Positions 14,780-26,779 of a stretch of 64,000 nucleotides of DNA are shown here, piece after piece. Positions within the stretch are counted from its first letter, which is position 1, and each line of letters starts with the position of its first letter. The notes under the pieces were generated by a model, which made no database searches, was not told where the DNA came from, and was given only the letters and a program-made list of their open reading frames with translations. The stretch comes from Proteromonas lacertae. Taxonomy: Eukaryota. Made by a program: the position numbers and the translations under genes. The DNA is taken from positions 1 to 64,000 of the forward strand of contig NGBS01000325.1 of the NCBI GenBank assembly GCA_002245135.1, given 5' to 3'.

Positions 14780-15842
14780 ATTACATAATCGTTGATCAAA
14801 TGTATGAAGTGATTATTTTATTTAATATACTACAGAACAAAAAATCAACATTCAACAATTCTTTTGTTTATTCTTATTATTCCAATTGATGAAAATTTAT
14901 CTAATAATGATTTTAATTCATATTCACTAATATTCTCTCTCGCAGTTATTGATAATTCTTCTAAACCATAGAAAATTCATTGTTTTCTTTCATCAACTTT
15001 AATTCACTTTCATTTAATTCATTTCCATCTAAATAAATCTCTCTCAATATTCTGAAATCTTTTAATCTTTCTATTAACATTTTCAATCCTTTCTCACTCA
15101 TTCCTATATCTATACACATGATAAATATCAATTTATTTATAAAATACTTGAAAGATTTAATGATGATGATCAACATACTTATCTAAATACTTACATATAA
15201 TCTCCATTCCTTCATCTCCAATACAGTTGTATGATAAATAATCTACTAACTCTTTTAATCCTTCATAACTAATATTATTGTTTGATATATTTAGTGTTGT
15301 AAATACAATCTGTTTAATAAGTTCAATATGAGAATCATTAATTTTTAAATCTATTTCATTATAAATTTATGCTCTTATACTAGAAAAATCAAAATGATAT
15401 TTCCATTTTCTTTCTTTTTGAATACAATAACACAAATAATATTCCATTTTTTTATTTGTCCATGATGAACAAAATGCACTGTCTTAATCCTTCCATATTA
15501 CAATTATTATCATTCAGATATATTTTTTCACATTTTATAACTTCACCTATCCCATTTGCTATTAATATAACACTTTCATCATCTATTGAAATATTGCTTA
15601 AGTTTATTTCTAACCTAGATGATAATAACTTCAATTTATTCTTCATGAATTTAAATCCATTATTACCAATTGGATTATCTATTTAACAATATATAACATA
15701 CAATTATAAATATACCATCAAATATTCTATTCCTTCTGAATCTATATTATTGTCACTTATATCCAGTTCTTTGGTCTTTGCATTAATATTCTTTAAACTA
15801 TCAACTAAATATTTCAAACCAATAGAAGATAATCCCATTTCT
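14780..15842 (-). pseudogene. 3' remnant of a pseudokinase-LRR paralog (RNI-like LRRs only)
   Basis: Collinear with 23410-24590 including near-identical stretches (ttgtatgataaataatctactaactcttttaatccttcataactaat...); lacks the kinase half; internal deletions. Confidence 0.8.
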
Positions 15843-15843
15843 A

Positions 15844-16610
15844 TTACATATTATATATGTGTTTTCTCTGTAATGCATATTCATCTAATAATTCATTTGT
15901 ATCATCCAAATGACTCTTATAATCATCATACAACTTTATTAAACCATTCTTCCATTTCCCAGGATCTATTGTTGTTACTAATCTTTCTATATCACTGATT
16001 AAGTAACATAAAGTATTTGTTAATTCTTTTCTTTTCTTTATACTTTCACTCAAGTTTCGTATCTTTATTTCATAATCAGTTATTGTCTTTTCTTGATCAC
16101 TAGCTAATTTTATATTTCCATTGAATTCTCGTAGTTGATGTTGTAATACTTTTCTAGCCCGTTCTACTTCACTGAGCTGTTGATAATTCTTCGATCTTTT
16201 CATCTCTTAATCTTTTATCACTTTCAATTTCATCTTTTGCATTTTGTAATAATCGTTCTAATCACTTTTATTATTGTTCACATTTATGTTCACTTCCTAA
16301 TAATTGTTTTTGTGTATCTTGTACTGTTTTTCTCATTATTGCTAATTCACCTTTTGCTTTCACTAGAGTATCTCTACTCTTGATTTGTTCATTGGCAATC
16401 TTGGAATTTAATTCTGTAACTACTTTGTCTTGATGACTTTCTGAATCTTCTAATATACCTTCATATTCACTTTGTAAATTCCTATTTAAAAATAATATTA
16501 TATATGTATATATATAAATTCTTCCATTTCTTTCTTTGTTCCTTTATGTGCTTTTGCTCTTTCTGCAAGTGCATTTAATAACGATTGTTTCTCTAAGTAA
16601 TGATCTTTTT
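15844..16610 (-). pseudogene. Coiled-coil fragment resembling the CFAP57/WDR65 C-terminal region
   Basis: KAKGELAIMRK, EVERARKVLQHQLREF, IDPGKWKNGLIKLYDDY...EYALQRKHI; in-frame TAA TAA and TGA near 16262-16273 plus a frameshift. Confidence 0.5.
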
Positions 16611-16655
16611 GACCAAGCTTTTATGTAATTGATTTGTATGAAAGCTTGTCAAAAA
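16606..16655. repeat. Imperfect ~15-bp inverted repeat/hairpin containing AAGCTT
   Basis: tttttgaccaagcttt ... aaagcttgtcaaaaa with a spacer of about 19 nt. Confidence 0.7.
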
Positions 16656-16743
16656 GCTTGAAAATTTTAATGATTATAACTATACGTTTCATTTGATTAT
16701 TAAAACATTTGAAAAGTATAGTTATTGCATTTCTTTTATTTTG

Positions 16744-19441
16744 ATGAGTTTTGATTATGGAATAAGTTATTCTGATATCAACAAGTTGAAGTTGGAAAGA
16801 GTTAAAAATATTGTAGGAGGAGTGTATTATTTTAAGTATTGTCCTTCTTCTGATGATTCTACTGATAAATCTACTGATGATTTTATGATCTTAGTAAGAG
16901 GTTGCTATGCTAATATTTTTAACGATATTAAAGGTGTAATTAAAAAGAATCAAAATAAAGGCAAGAATAAAAATGAAGGAAAAGATTTTCAGAATTGCTT
17001 TTTAATTTACGGCAATCAAGGTTTAGGAAAGACTACATTATGCTGTTTTTTGGCTTATTGTCTTAATAATGACAGTTATTTTGATGAATATAACATAATT
17101 GTGTTTGGAGAGAAAGAGACAGAAAAATGTTATTATAGATTGTCAAATACTCATAAATTCCTTACAAGAAATAAAGAAATACCCGATTTAAAGGGTAAAA
17201 CAATAGTTATATGCGATAATGAAGTGATCCATGAAGATGATTTCAGTGATGATGATATAATAATCATGCTTAGTGCTCCAAAAGCAGATAAATACAAAAT
17301 CATGGCAAATAAAAGATGTACCATTCAATACAACATACCTCAGTTCACTAGAGAAGAATTAGAGATGATATTTAATCGAAGCAAAATAAGTAATAATAGT
17401 AAAGAAATAAAAATCAAAAATGCACTTGTGTATGGTGACTTTACAGTTGGTTATTCGTCAGAAAAAATAGGTGATTATTTTGGTAATAATATTATAGAAT
17501 CTACAAAGAAATTACCATTATATATTCCACCTGATTATGAACAGAAGTTATTTGTATATGATACAAATGAATTTAATATAATACCTGACACATTGAGATA
17601 TATATCAACAGAAATAGAACAATATATATTGAGTCATTATTTTTTTGATAGTAAGGATTATAAATTATTATATGAAGTATTTGAAGGTGAAACGTTGAAT
17701 AATAAAGATCCACTGATATTCGAAAGAATGTGTCATATTATATTCGAAGATAATGGTTACAAGGCAAATGGTATAGAATCTCCAGCTAATCTACCTGAAT
17801 ATAGATTAACTTATATCGACATTGATAGATTTATTGATTATCTTAATGAGGATGAGAATAATAGAATTGGTAAGTGTAGAATTAACAACTGTAGAGTTAA
17901 TAATGTAGAACTTGAAACTGGTGTTATATATATTATAAATGGCAATTCATTAGATATAAAAAAAGGAATAGTAAAAGACTATGAAATAACTGTTAACGAT
18001 GTAACAAAGAGTTCTACTAGAATTAAAGATTGTGTAATTACCGGATTAACAATACCAAATGCAAAGATAGAAGGTGATAGAATTAGTGGATTAATAGAAG
18101 ATGGTTTTATTTCTGAAGGATTTATATTTGATGGTATTTATGTGGATTTTGGAAGAATAATTAATTTTGCCAGCAATAGATTCATGTATTATTAACAAAT
18201 ACAGTATTACTGGATTACAAATGACAATTTCTAATAATTATCCAACTAAGAATACTGTGATAGCATTTCTAAATGTATATATTATTATTATTATTGTATA
18301 GATGTTATATAGCTATCATAAATCATATATAATCAGTAATTTGAAAAGACTAAATGAATATATGAGTAATAATGAAAATGATAAAGATATTCTTGCAAAT
18401 GCGTTATATGATAATGGTTATATCCCAAAGAATAAAAAAGAAGAGTTGATAAAAAATATGGATAGATCAAAGAGAATAATTTGTGAGAGTTATGTATATT
18501 ATTAATATTTTTATATATAATTATATAGTTTTTGATTAATGAACTTTATTATAGAGGGTATTTTGACATAGTTGAAAGATATGATGAATTTAAAAATAAA
18601 TATTTAGATACTAGTGAGAAGAAAACCTTTACAAAATTAATAAATGATGATGTAGAATTAGAAGAAATGGAAATATATAAGAAAGAGTTAGAAGAATTAG
18701 TAGAAGAAAATAGAACATTAGAAACTACTAATACACCAAAGAAAAGAAAACATGAAAATGATAATTCATTAAATGGTAGTGATTCATCAAATGAATTATT
18801 AGAAGAAAATAAAATATTAGAAACTACTAATACACCAAAGAAAAGAAAACTTGAAAATGATAATTCATTAAATGTTGCATCGACTGAAAATGAATTTATA
18901 AATAGTGAAGAATTAACTGATGATGATATGAATATGGAAAATGAATTATCCGAAGAAAATAAAGCATTAGCATCTGAAATTTCGAAATTAGAAAATGAAT
19001 TAAAAAATATTGTTCAACAAATAGAAATATTACAACTTGAAAAGAGAAATGATGAAGTCGAAGTTGACATAAAAGATGAACAAATATTACATGACTTAGA
19101 AGATTATTTGATTGATATAATATACCATGATAAGAAGAATGATCAAGATAAAAAAGCTATGAAGAATGATATTATTGATGTATATTATTGTATTATTATT
19201 ATTATTATAGTCAATTAAAGAAGAAATCAATTCAGATATTAATAACGAAGTTATTATTAATCAATTAGATAAATGTAATCCAATATTCAATATTGTATTT
19301 GTTGCATACAATCAGAATGAAGTAACATCATCACTTGAAGAAGGTGATACTGGTTTTGGACATTATGGAGTATTCCAAGATAAAATAATTGAAGAAATGA
19401 AGAAAACTTACATATGGGATGAAATGAAATCAACTGGCTAG
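16744..19441 (+). CDS. Crinkler/RHS-type P-loop NTPase + PD-(D/E)xK restriction-endonuclease-like protein
   Basis: ILVRGCY, GNQGLGKT (Walker A), VICD, LSAPKADKYK, IPQFTREEL, FERMCH. Removing one G at ~18169 gives NFPAIDSCII...GLQMTISNNYPTK; later NIVFVAY. Three introns; stop TAG at 19439-19441. Confidence 0.78.
18694..18891 (+). repeat. Two 99-nt (33-aa) tandem units, each with a TPKKRK NLS
   Basis: ELVEENRTLETTNTPKKRKHENDNSLN / ELLEENKILETTNTPKKRKLENDNSLN. Confidence 0.85.
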
Positions 19442-19520
19442 AGGAAATGAACAAAAAAATAAATCACAAAAATTAATAATGTCAATAAAATCTAAAAGAT
19501 TAAGATTTTCAGCCTATAAT

Positions 19521-22500
19521 ATGAGTTCTGATGAATTAAATAAATATTTAATAAATGAAAGAATGTAGAAACATTACATCAAAAGAATGAAGAACCATTA
19601 CATATAGTTATTAGTGATAATAAATCTATAGATTTAGAAGTTACAGGATATTCAAATCCTTCAATAAATATAATACGTTATGAAGTTGAAGAAGAAAAGA
19701 TAAAACATGATTATAGAATATGTGAAACGATAATAAAAAAAGCAAAAGAACAACCTGTAATTGAAGATCATTCCAATGAATCTCTAGTTGAAAAGAAATC
19801 AAAAATCATTAAAGAATGGAAAAAACTTAACGAGAGTTTAGTATTTGATGAAGAAAAACTAGTAGTAAAATTATTAAATACATTTCAAAAAGACTTTGAA
19901 CATAATACAATTACTGAAGAAAAGATAAACGAAACAGATAAAAATAATATAGAATCAGCAAGAAATATTTTTGAAATTATAAAGAGTGATTTAAGTACTT
20001 ATAGTAAACATCGAGAAAGTATATATATATATATATTAATTATATAAATAATAGTTACAAACTCTTTATGTAAAGTATTTGGAGATTCAAGTCCAGAATA
20101 CAATGATAGTGATAGAACTATAAAAATTTATTGTGATATATATCAATATCCTAATAGAATTGTTTATGTTAGAGGTGTTTATAAAGATATATGGAATAAA
20201 TTGAAATATTTAATTTTCTGTTATAAACAGCATAAAGAAAAAGTAATAGAAAATATTAAACAACTGTGTATAATTATGGGTTATAATCCTGAAGGGATAA
20301 GTGATGATTACGCAAAAAAAATTCATAATTCTTATAAAAATAATAAGTTATATGACAGTCCTACGAGAGTTTTGTTGAGAGGAAATCCAGGTTGTGGAAA
20401 AACTTCATTTGTTATCTATATATTAATAAAAATTATAGAATTAAATGAAATATTGAAAGGCAATAAGATTACTGTATGTGTTCTTAAAGCAAAAACATAA
20501 GATGATAAAATAGTTTGTGACAAATACTATTTAGAGAGAAAAAAAATAGAATGTGATAGTCAAACAAAATCCTTTGATATTGTGATATGTGATTCTTATG
20601 ATGTCGGAAAGGATGATCCTAAAGGTAAAATATACTTATATGTCACTTCACCAGATTATAAAAATTATAAATCATTAACAGAAAAAACTGATGCTGATCA
20701 TAGAAAATATTATTTTATGGATGCATTTAGTAAAGATGAAATTGTAGAATGGGAAGAAAAATGTTTACCTCCTGATTTGGTAAATATAGCAAAAGGGTTT
20801 AATAGTAGATATGGAAATGTTCCAAGACATATCTATTATGCTTCAATATATAGTGTTTGTTATGATAAAGATTATTGGGATAAAATATATTCAAAAAGTA
20901 TAAAAAGAATCGTTGGTAAACTTGGTTATATGAAATTTATAAGGACATATTTATATCCGTGTGAATCAAATGAAAATAAAGATAAAATATCCAATAGAAC
21001 AACCACATTTGATAGTACATTATCTCATTTTATAGTGAAGTATTCTATTCCATTTAAAGATCCAAAAACCAAATGTTATGATAGAATTAATGAACATGAA
21101 ATGGAATTTATATCAGATGAAGTATTTGATTATATTTATGATTGTGTTAAACACAAAGCAAATAATAGTGATGTAGAGATAATTCAGATGCAATTTGAAA
21201 AGTTATATAAAGATGATGTAAAAAATGAGTTTATGTTATATTTATTTAAAGAGTTAGTATGGTACAATTGTTTGTATCATGGTAATAAGATAACTCTTAA
21301 AGATGATAATAGTCCAATAGTTGAAGAGATAAATGAAACTGAATTAAAACCGTTTATATATATGTTTGATGGAGATATCTATTGTAGTAATGATAATAAA
21401 TACTGTTTGGTTCATTTAGCAACTCTAGAGAATAGAGAAATGATTTACTTATTGAATAACTGTTTTATACATGTAATAAATGATCAGCGAGAAATATTGG
21501 ATTGTGATGATCAAATAAAGGAATGTATATGTGGATTGCAAGAAAGAATGTGTTTTAAAAGAATGTATTATATTACAGTATCCAATGATAAATCACCTGA
21601 ATCTCCATCTCAATCATCACCTTTTATATCAAAAGTTTTAGTTTCACATTATATAGGTGATAGACAATTTAAAAATGCAAAAATTACATATAGTAAATCA
21701 ATACTTAAAAATTTAGTATACGGAAGTGATTTCAAAATTGAAGAATCAGGAGATGTAATTATAACAATTGATTTACAAAAGAATAGTAATACACATAATA
21801 AAAAGAAAGATAGAATAATCAATGAAAGAATATTATCATATTATAATTATCTTCCAACACTACCACAACAGCCAAAATTACAGCCAATTGATGAAAACAG
21901 TATCTACTATAAAACTTCTATTCCTAATGTGGGTGATACATGTGGTTTAGTAAATGAAGGTAGCACTTGCTATATGAACTCAATATTACAATGCTTAGTT
22001 CATATCAAACCATTAAGAGATTATGTAATAGAATTGGAAGTAAATGATGATAATAATGAAATGAAAAACACATTTGTTAAATTATTAAAAGATTTATGGA
22101 CTAAAGATAAGAATAATACAGTAATAAACCCATTAGAAATAAAATCAGCCATAACATGTAATAGTAATTTTGAAGTTGATAAACAACAAGATGCACATGA
22201 ATTTTTAATATTGCTATTGAAATTATTAGAATATAGTTTTGGCATTTCAACTAATAATTCTAATGTAATTAGTGAAGTATTTGAAGTGGAAATGTTGAAT
22301 AGAATTTCTTGTCTTACATGTGGTGAATTGATAGAAAATGAGAGTTTTAAAAATTTTGGTATATCAGTTCCTGTACCTAAAAGAAGAATTGGTGAAAATG
22401 TTTCAAGTGTTGAGTTAGAAAATTGTTTGTTATTATACTCTTATAGTCTTGTTGATAGATGTTGCTGTAATTGTAATTGTACTGTAACATCAATGAATAC

Positions 22501-22939
22501 TACAATATTAAGTAAATTCCCCAAAGTATTAATCATTCATTTAAATCAAACTGATAAATCAAAGAGTGTGAATAGATCTGATGAATTATCCATAACAAAT
22601 GAAAGTATATTATATATATATTCATGAATTACATTTTGAATAGGAGAAAGAAGAATATATGATTTAATTAGTATGACAAGTCATTGGGGTAGTATGGAAT
22701 CTGGTCATTATATTGCAAAATGCAAATCTCCTGATGAAAATAAATGGTATATATTCGATGATGATAAAGTAATGAATGAATGTAATATGATTGATTTATA
22801 TTATTCTCATTTTATTCCATATGTATTGTTCTATCAGTTAAGAGAAGAAGAAACAGGAGAAGGATTAGAATTAGAAGGAGAATTAGAAGGAGAAGGAGAA
22901 GGAGAAGGAGAAGGAGAAGGAAAAGCAACTATCTTCTAA
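19521..22939 (+). CDS. Crinkler/RHS-type P-loop NTPase fused to a USP (C19) deubiquitinase
   Basis: VYVRGVY, GNPGCGKT, VICD, VTSPDYKNYK, FMDAFSKDEI, YGNVPRHI; in the same ORF GLVNEGSTCYMNSILQCL and QQDAHEFL; after an intron HWGSMESGHY, WYIFDD, YVLFYQ. One in-frame TAA (20498-20500) and an indel near 19560. Confidence 0.8.
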
Positions 22940-23200
22940 TAATAATACTTGTTATTGTTATGCTGATTCGTGTGGTATTGAGAGAAAATTTGGTAGTAAT
23001 ACTTGTTATATGAACTCAACATTACAATGGAATTAACAATAGTGTATGAAAATGATGAAAGTATAAAAATATACAAATTGAAGAATTTAGAGAAGTGTTG
23101 GCTATTGAATTTAGAATAGTAAATAAGATTGATAGTTTGATAAAAAAAGAAAATGGGAAATATATTCATCTTTTATATTACCAGTTATTGAAAAATTTAA
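22940..23200 (+). pseudogene. Collapsed relic of a second USP domain
   Basis: DSCGIERKFGSNTCYMNSTLQW (Cys box), FREVLAIEFRIVNKI and IHLLYYQL (USP C-terminal motif) within ~260 nt. Confidence 0.65.
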
Positions 23201-23201
23201 A

Positions 23202-23250
23202 TACAATACTTCAGTATCAGAAAGTAGTTTTGAGTATAACATATCAATCC
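23202..23250 (-). pseudogene. Orphan exon 1 and intron donor of a second pseudokinase-LRR copy
   Basis: IDMLYSKLLSDTE|gtattgta matches exon 1 of the intact gene (MIDMLFSKLLSDTE|gtattgta, 26695-26744). Confidence 0.75.
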
Positions 23251-23409
23251 TTAAGAATTTAAGAAAATCACTTTTATGGAAAATAGCCTTTTCATATAAA
23301 TTAGTATTTGTGTTAAAAAACATGATTTAAGGCTTATATATGAGAATTGATGATAGGTTGTTTTTATTTATGTATCACAAAACTTAATGTAGAAGAAAAT
23401 GTTATATTA

Positions 23410-26400
23410 TTAGAATAAACAACAATGTGATTGATTTATTACATCCACCTTTCCTTCTACTTTAATTCCATTTATTTTGATAGTCCCAATTGTAGAAAAT
23501 GTTTCTAAAAATGATTTTAATTCTGATTTCATTATATTCTCATTACACTGTTATTGATAATTCATCTAAACTATCAAATATTTCTTTATTTTCTTTCATT
23601 AATATCAATTCACTTTCATTTAATACATTTCTTGATATATCAATCTTTTCTAAAGGTCTATAATCTTTTAATCTTTCTATTAACATTTTCAATCCTTTCC
23701 CACTCATTCCTATATCTATTCACATGATAAATATCAATTTATTTATAAAATACTTGAAAGATTTAATGATGATTTATGATAAACAAATACATCTAAATAG
23801 CTGCATATTATTTCTATTCCTTCATCTCCAATACAGTTGTTGAAAATTGATATATATGTATATCTCTTGTATGATAAATAATCTACTAACTCTTTTAATC
23901 CTTCATAACTAATATTATTGTTTGATATATTTAGTGTTGTAAATACAATCTGTTTAATAAGTTCAATATGAGAATCATTGATTTTTAAATCTATTTCATT
24001 ATAAATTTATGTTCTTATACTAGAAAAATCAAAATAATATTTCCGTTTTCTTTCTTTTTGAATACAATAGTTTAGATAGCACTCCAGTGCTTCAGTATTC
24101 CACAATGGATTATTAATTATTATAAATGGATAAGACCAGTCATTTAAAGATTTCGAACAAAATGAGTTTAATCCATCTATTTGAATATTATTTCCATTTA
24201 AGTTTATTCCAAAGCAATTATTAATTCTTTCTTCTATATTTACCAATAATATTACACTTTCATCATCTATTGAGGTGTTACTTAAATTCATTTCTTCCTT
24301 AAATACTAACATATTTAATTTATTTAATAATACTTTAAACCCTGTATTACCAATTGGATTATCTATTGAATCAATATTAATTATGACTTTATATGAATAT
24401 ACCATGGATAATTAGCCTTTTGATACAGTTGTTTTCTTTTATGTAGTTCATTAAATATCCTATTCCATCTGAATCAATATGATTATCACTTATATCAAGT
24501 AAATTCATTTGTTCATATTCTCCCAAATTAACAGACTTTAAACCATTTACTAGATATTTTAATCCTATAGAAGATAATCCCATTTCTATTCAACATTATA
24601 TAATAATCATACTAGAACAGTAAACATTGTTGCAATAACAATTAGTTTCACATATTAATAAATGTAAATGCGGAGATAATAATTTCATTCCTTCATCTCC
24701 TATTTCATTTCCATCTAAACGAATATCTTTTAAATTTGGAAGTGAAGAAAAATTTCTAACCAATATTCTAATACCTTTATATGTAAGTTTATTATCTAAA
24801 TAATAGATATATATATTATATTATACTACTCAAATTCAGCTTTATAATTCTTATTAATTCATTAGATCTTAAAGAAATAAATGATTTGATAAAATGGTGA
24901 TCAATTTGTAATTCATTTAAATTGATTTTATAATAGTAAATGGAGTCAACTTTGATGTATTTTACTAATTCTGGAATGTCTTTATCAATCAATATATCTT
25001 TATTACATCTATTAAAATTAAATCTGATGTTTGAAATAGGAAATTTGGAGAATAGAGCTTTTAATCCTCTTGAATGAATGTTATTATATCGAATATCAAT
25101 TCTCTTTAGATTTGGATATTTATATAATTCTTCTGATAATAATATCATTGATTCATCATTCAAATTCATACCTTTTATATTCAATTCATTATCTTTATTG
25201 ATTAGTAAATATAAATATGGAAGTAACAATTTGAAGCCTTTTGGACCAATTGGATTTTCTATTTAAAAAAATAACATCAACTAATAAATACGAAAAAGAT
25301 GAATATATTTACATTTCATATACTCAACTAATCTAATAAATGATTCAATAAAATAAAACGTAAGATTACATCCTGATATATTTAATTTTTGTAGATTTTG
25401 TAATTGATATAATAATAATCCAAATAACGACTGATTTTGGATTGAAATACTTACATCTAAGTAGGTAAAATGTATTGAATTATACCAAAATATAGAGTAT
25501 TTGGATTAATTAACTTCAATATTTTGAATAAAAATAACATTCCTTCTTCACAAAAACATATATACTCAGAATTTATTTTGATTATCTCTTTATTACTTCT
25601 ATCAACAGTAATATAAACTATCATTCTATCTAAATAACATTCTACACCTTCTTTACATTGGTGATACACTTGAAATCTCAATTTTTCTTCTATTGAATAA
25701 TCCATTTTGTATAATTTCATCATCAATAATATTGATAATATAATCTCATTTGATTTATTATTGTATGATTTTATTAATTCATCTCGAATTTCATCATATT
25801 TGTAACTTTGGATGTAGTATTCTGTTTGAATATTAAACGGTGGTATTTCTATTAAATAATCATTATTGAATAATATTTCTTTTCTTTCTTTACATATCAT
25901 TATATTATTATCTCCATCTCTCAATATTTCACTCATTTTCATCATTTCTTTTTTCAACTCTTTTAAACTTAATCTATCTTCACTTTTCATTTTCAACATT
26001 CTGAATATCATCTCTTTCATTAAATCATTATCACATTTCACATCTAAACTGTATTTACATTTCACAATATTCTCTTTTGTTTTAATCATGTTATTATCTT
26101 CGTTAAATGGTAATTTCTTTAAAATCATTTCATATAATATACAGCCAATTGACCAAATCACACTTCTCTCATTACATTCTAATCCACTCAATTCTTCTGG
26201 AGTTTTGAAGTAAATATCATATATTCTCATATCTTCATCTTTTCTCAACAAATCCAAGAATAAATCACATAACTTTACAGTCTCATTTTCATCATAAATA
26301 ACATTAGAAATCTTTAAATCTTCTATCACTATATCATATTCAAGTAATATCAACAGAACATCACACAATAAACATATCAAACTGCAAATATCACTGTGTG

Positions 26401-26744
26401 ACAAGGATTTATTATGAATTATCTCTCTCAAATCTATCAAGTAATATTCTCTTGATATTATGATATATTCACTACAATTATTCAATAGATATATTTCAAA
26501 AGGATAAATAAAGTTTAAACAGCAATCTGACAATAACAAGTTATTCTCTGAGAATATTAATACTTTCTTTTCTTTTATTCCATTTACATTTATAACCTTC
26601 ATCATCTTAACATCATTTTGATCTTCTATTACAAAATCTACTTCATTAGTACTCCTTTCCTCTCGATATTTTATCTATTACATACAAAATTAATTACAAT
26701 ACTTCAGTATCAGAAAGTAATTTTGAGAATAACATATCAATCAT
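23410..26744 (-). CDS. Pseudokinase + RNI-like LRR protein with C-terminal CaaX (CCLF)
   Basis: Kinase fold with altered motifs (IEDLKISN, VKLCDLF, TPEE, SVIWSIGCILYEM); LRR exons (LDISDNHIDSDGIGYL, NPIGNTGFKVL); ends NQSHCCLF* after one indel correction. Confidence 0.8.
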
Positions 26745-26779
26745 CAAAAATAGAAATTTGACTCGATTAAGGCTTGATT

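Noticed and set aside
16262..20500. In-frame TAA/TGA codons as evidence of a reassigned genetic code
   Set aside because: Conserved genes (SAHH, AKRs, PCMT) have no internal stops and end at TAA, TAG or TGA; the stops are confined to rearranged or decaying sequence.
15842..23209. The Crinkler cassette spliced out as one giant intron to restore an LRR gene
   Set aside because: Exon 1 ends in phase 0 while the LRR acceptor exon starts in phase 1, and the kinase exons are absent.
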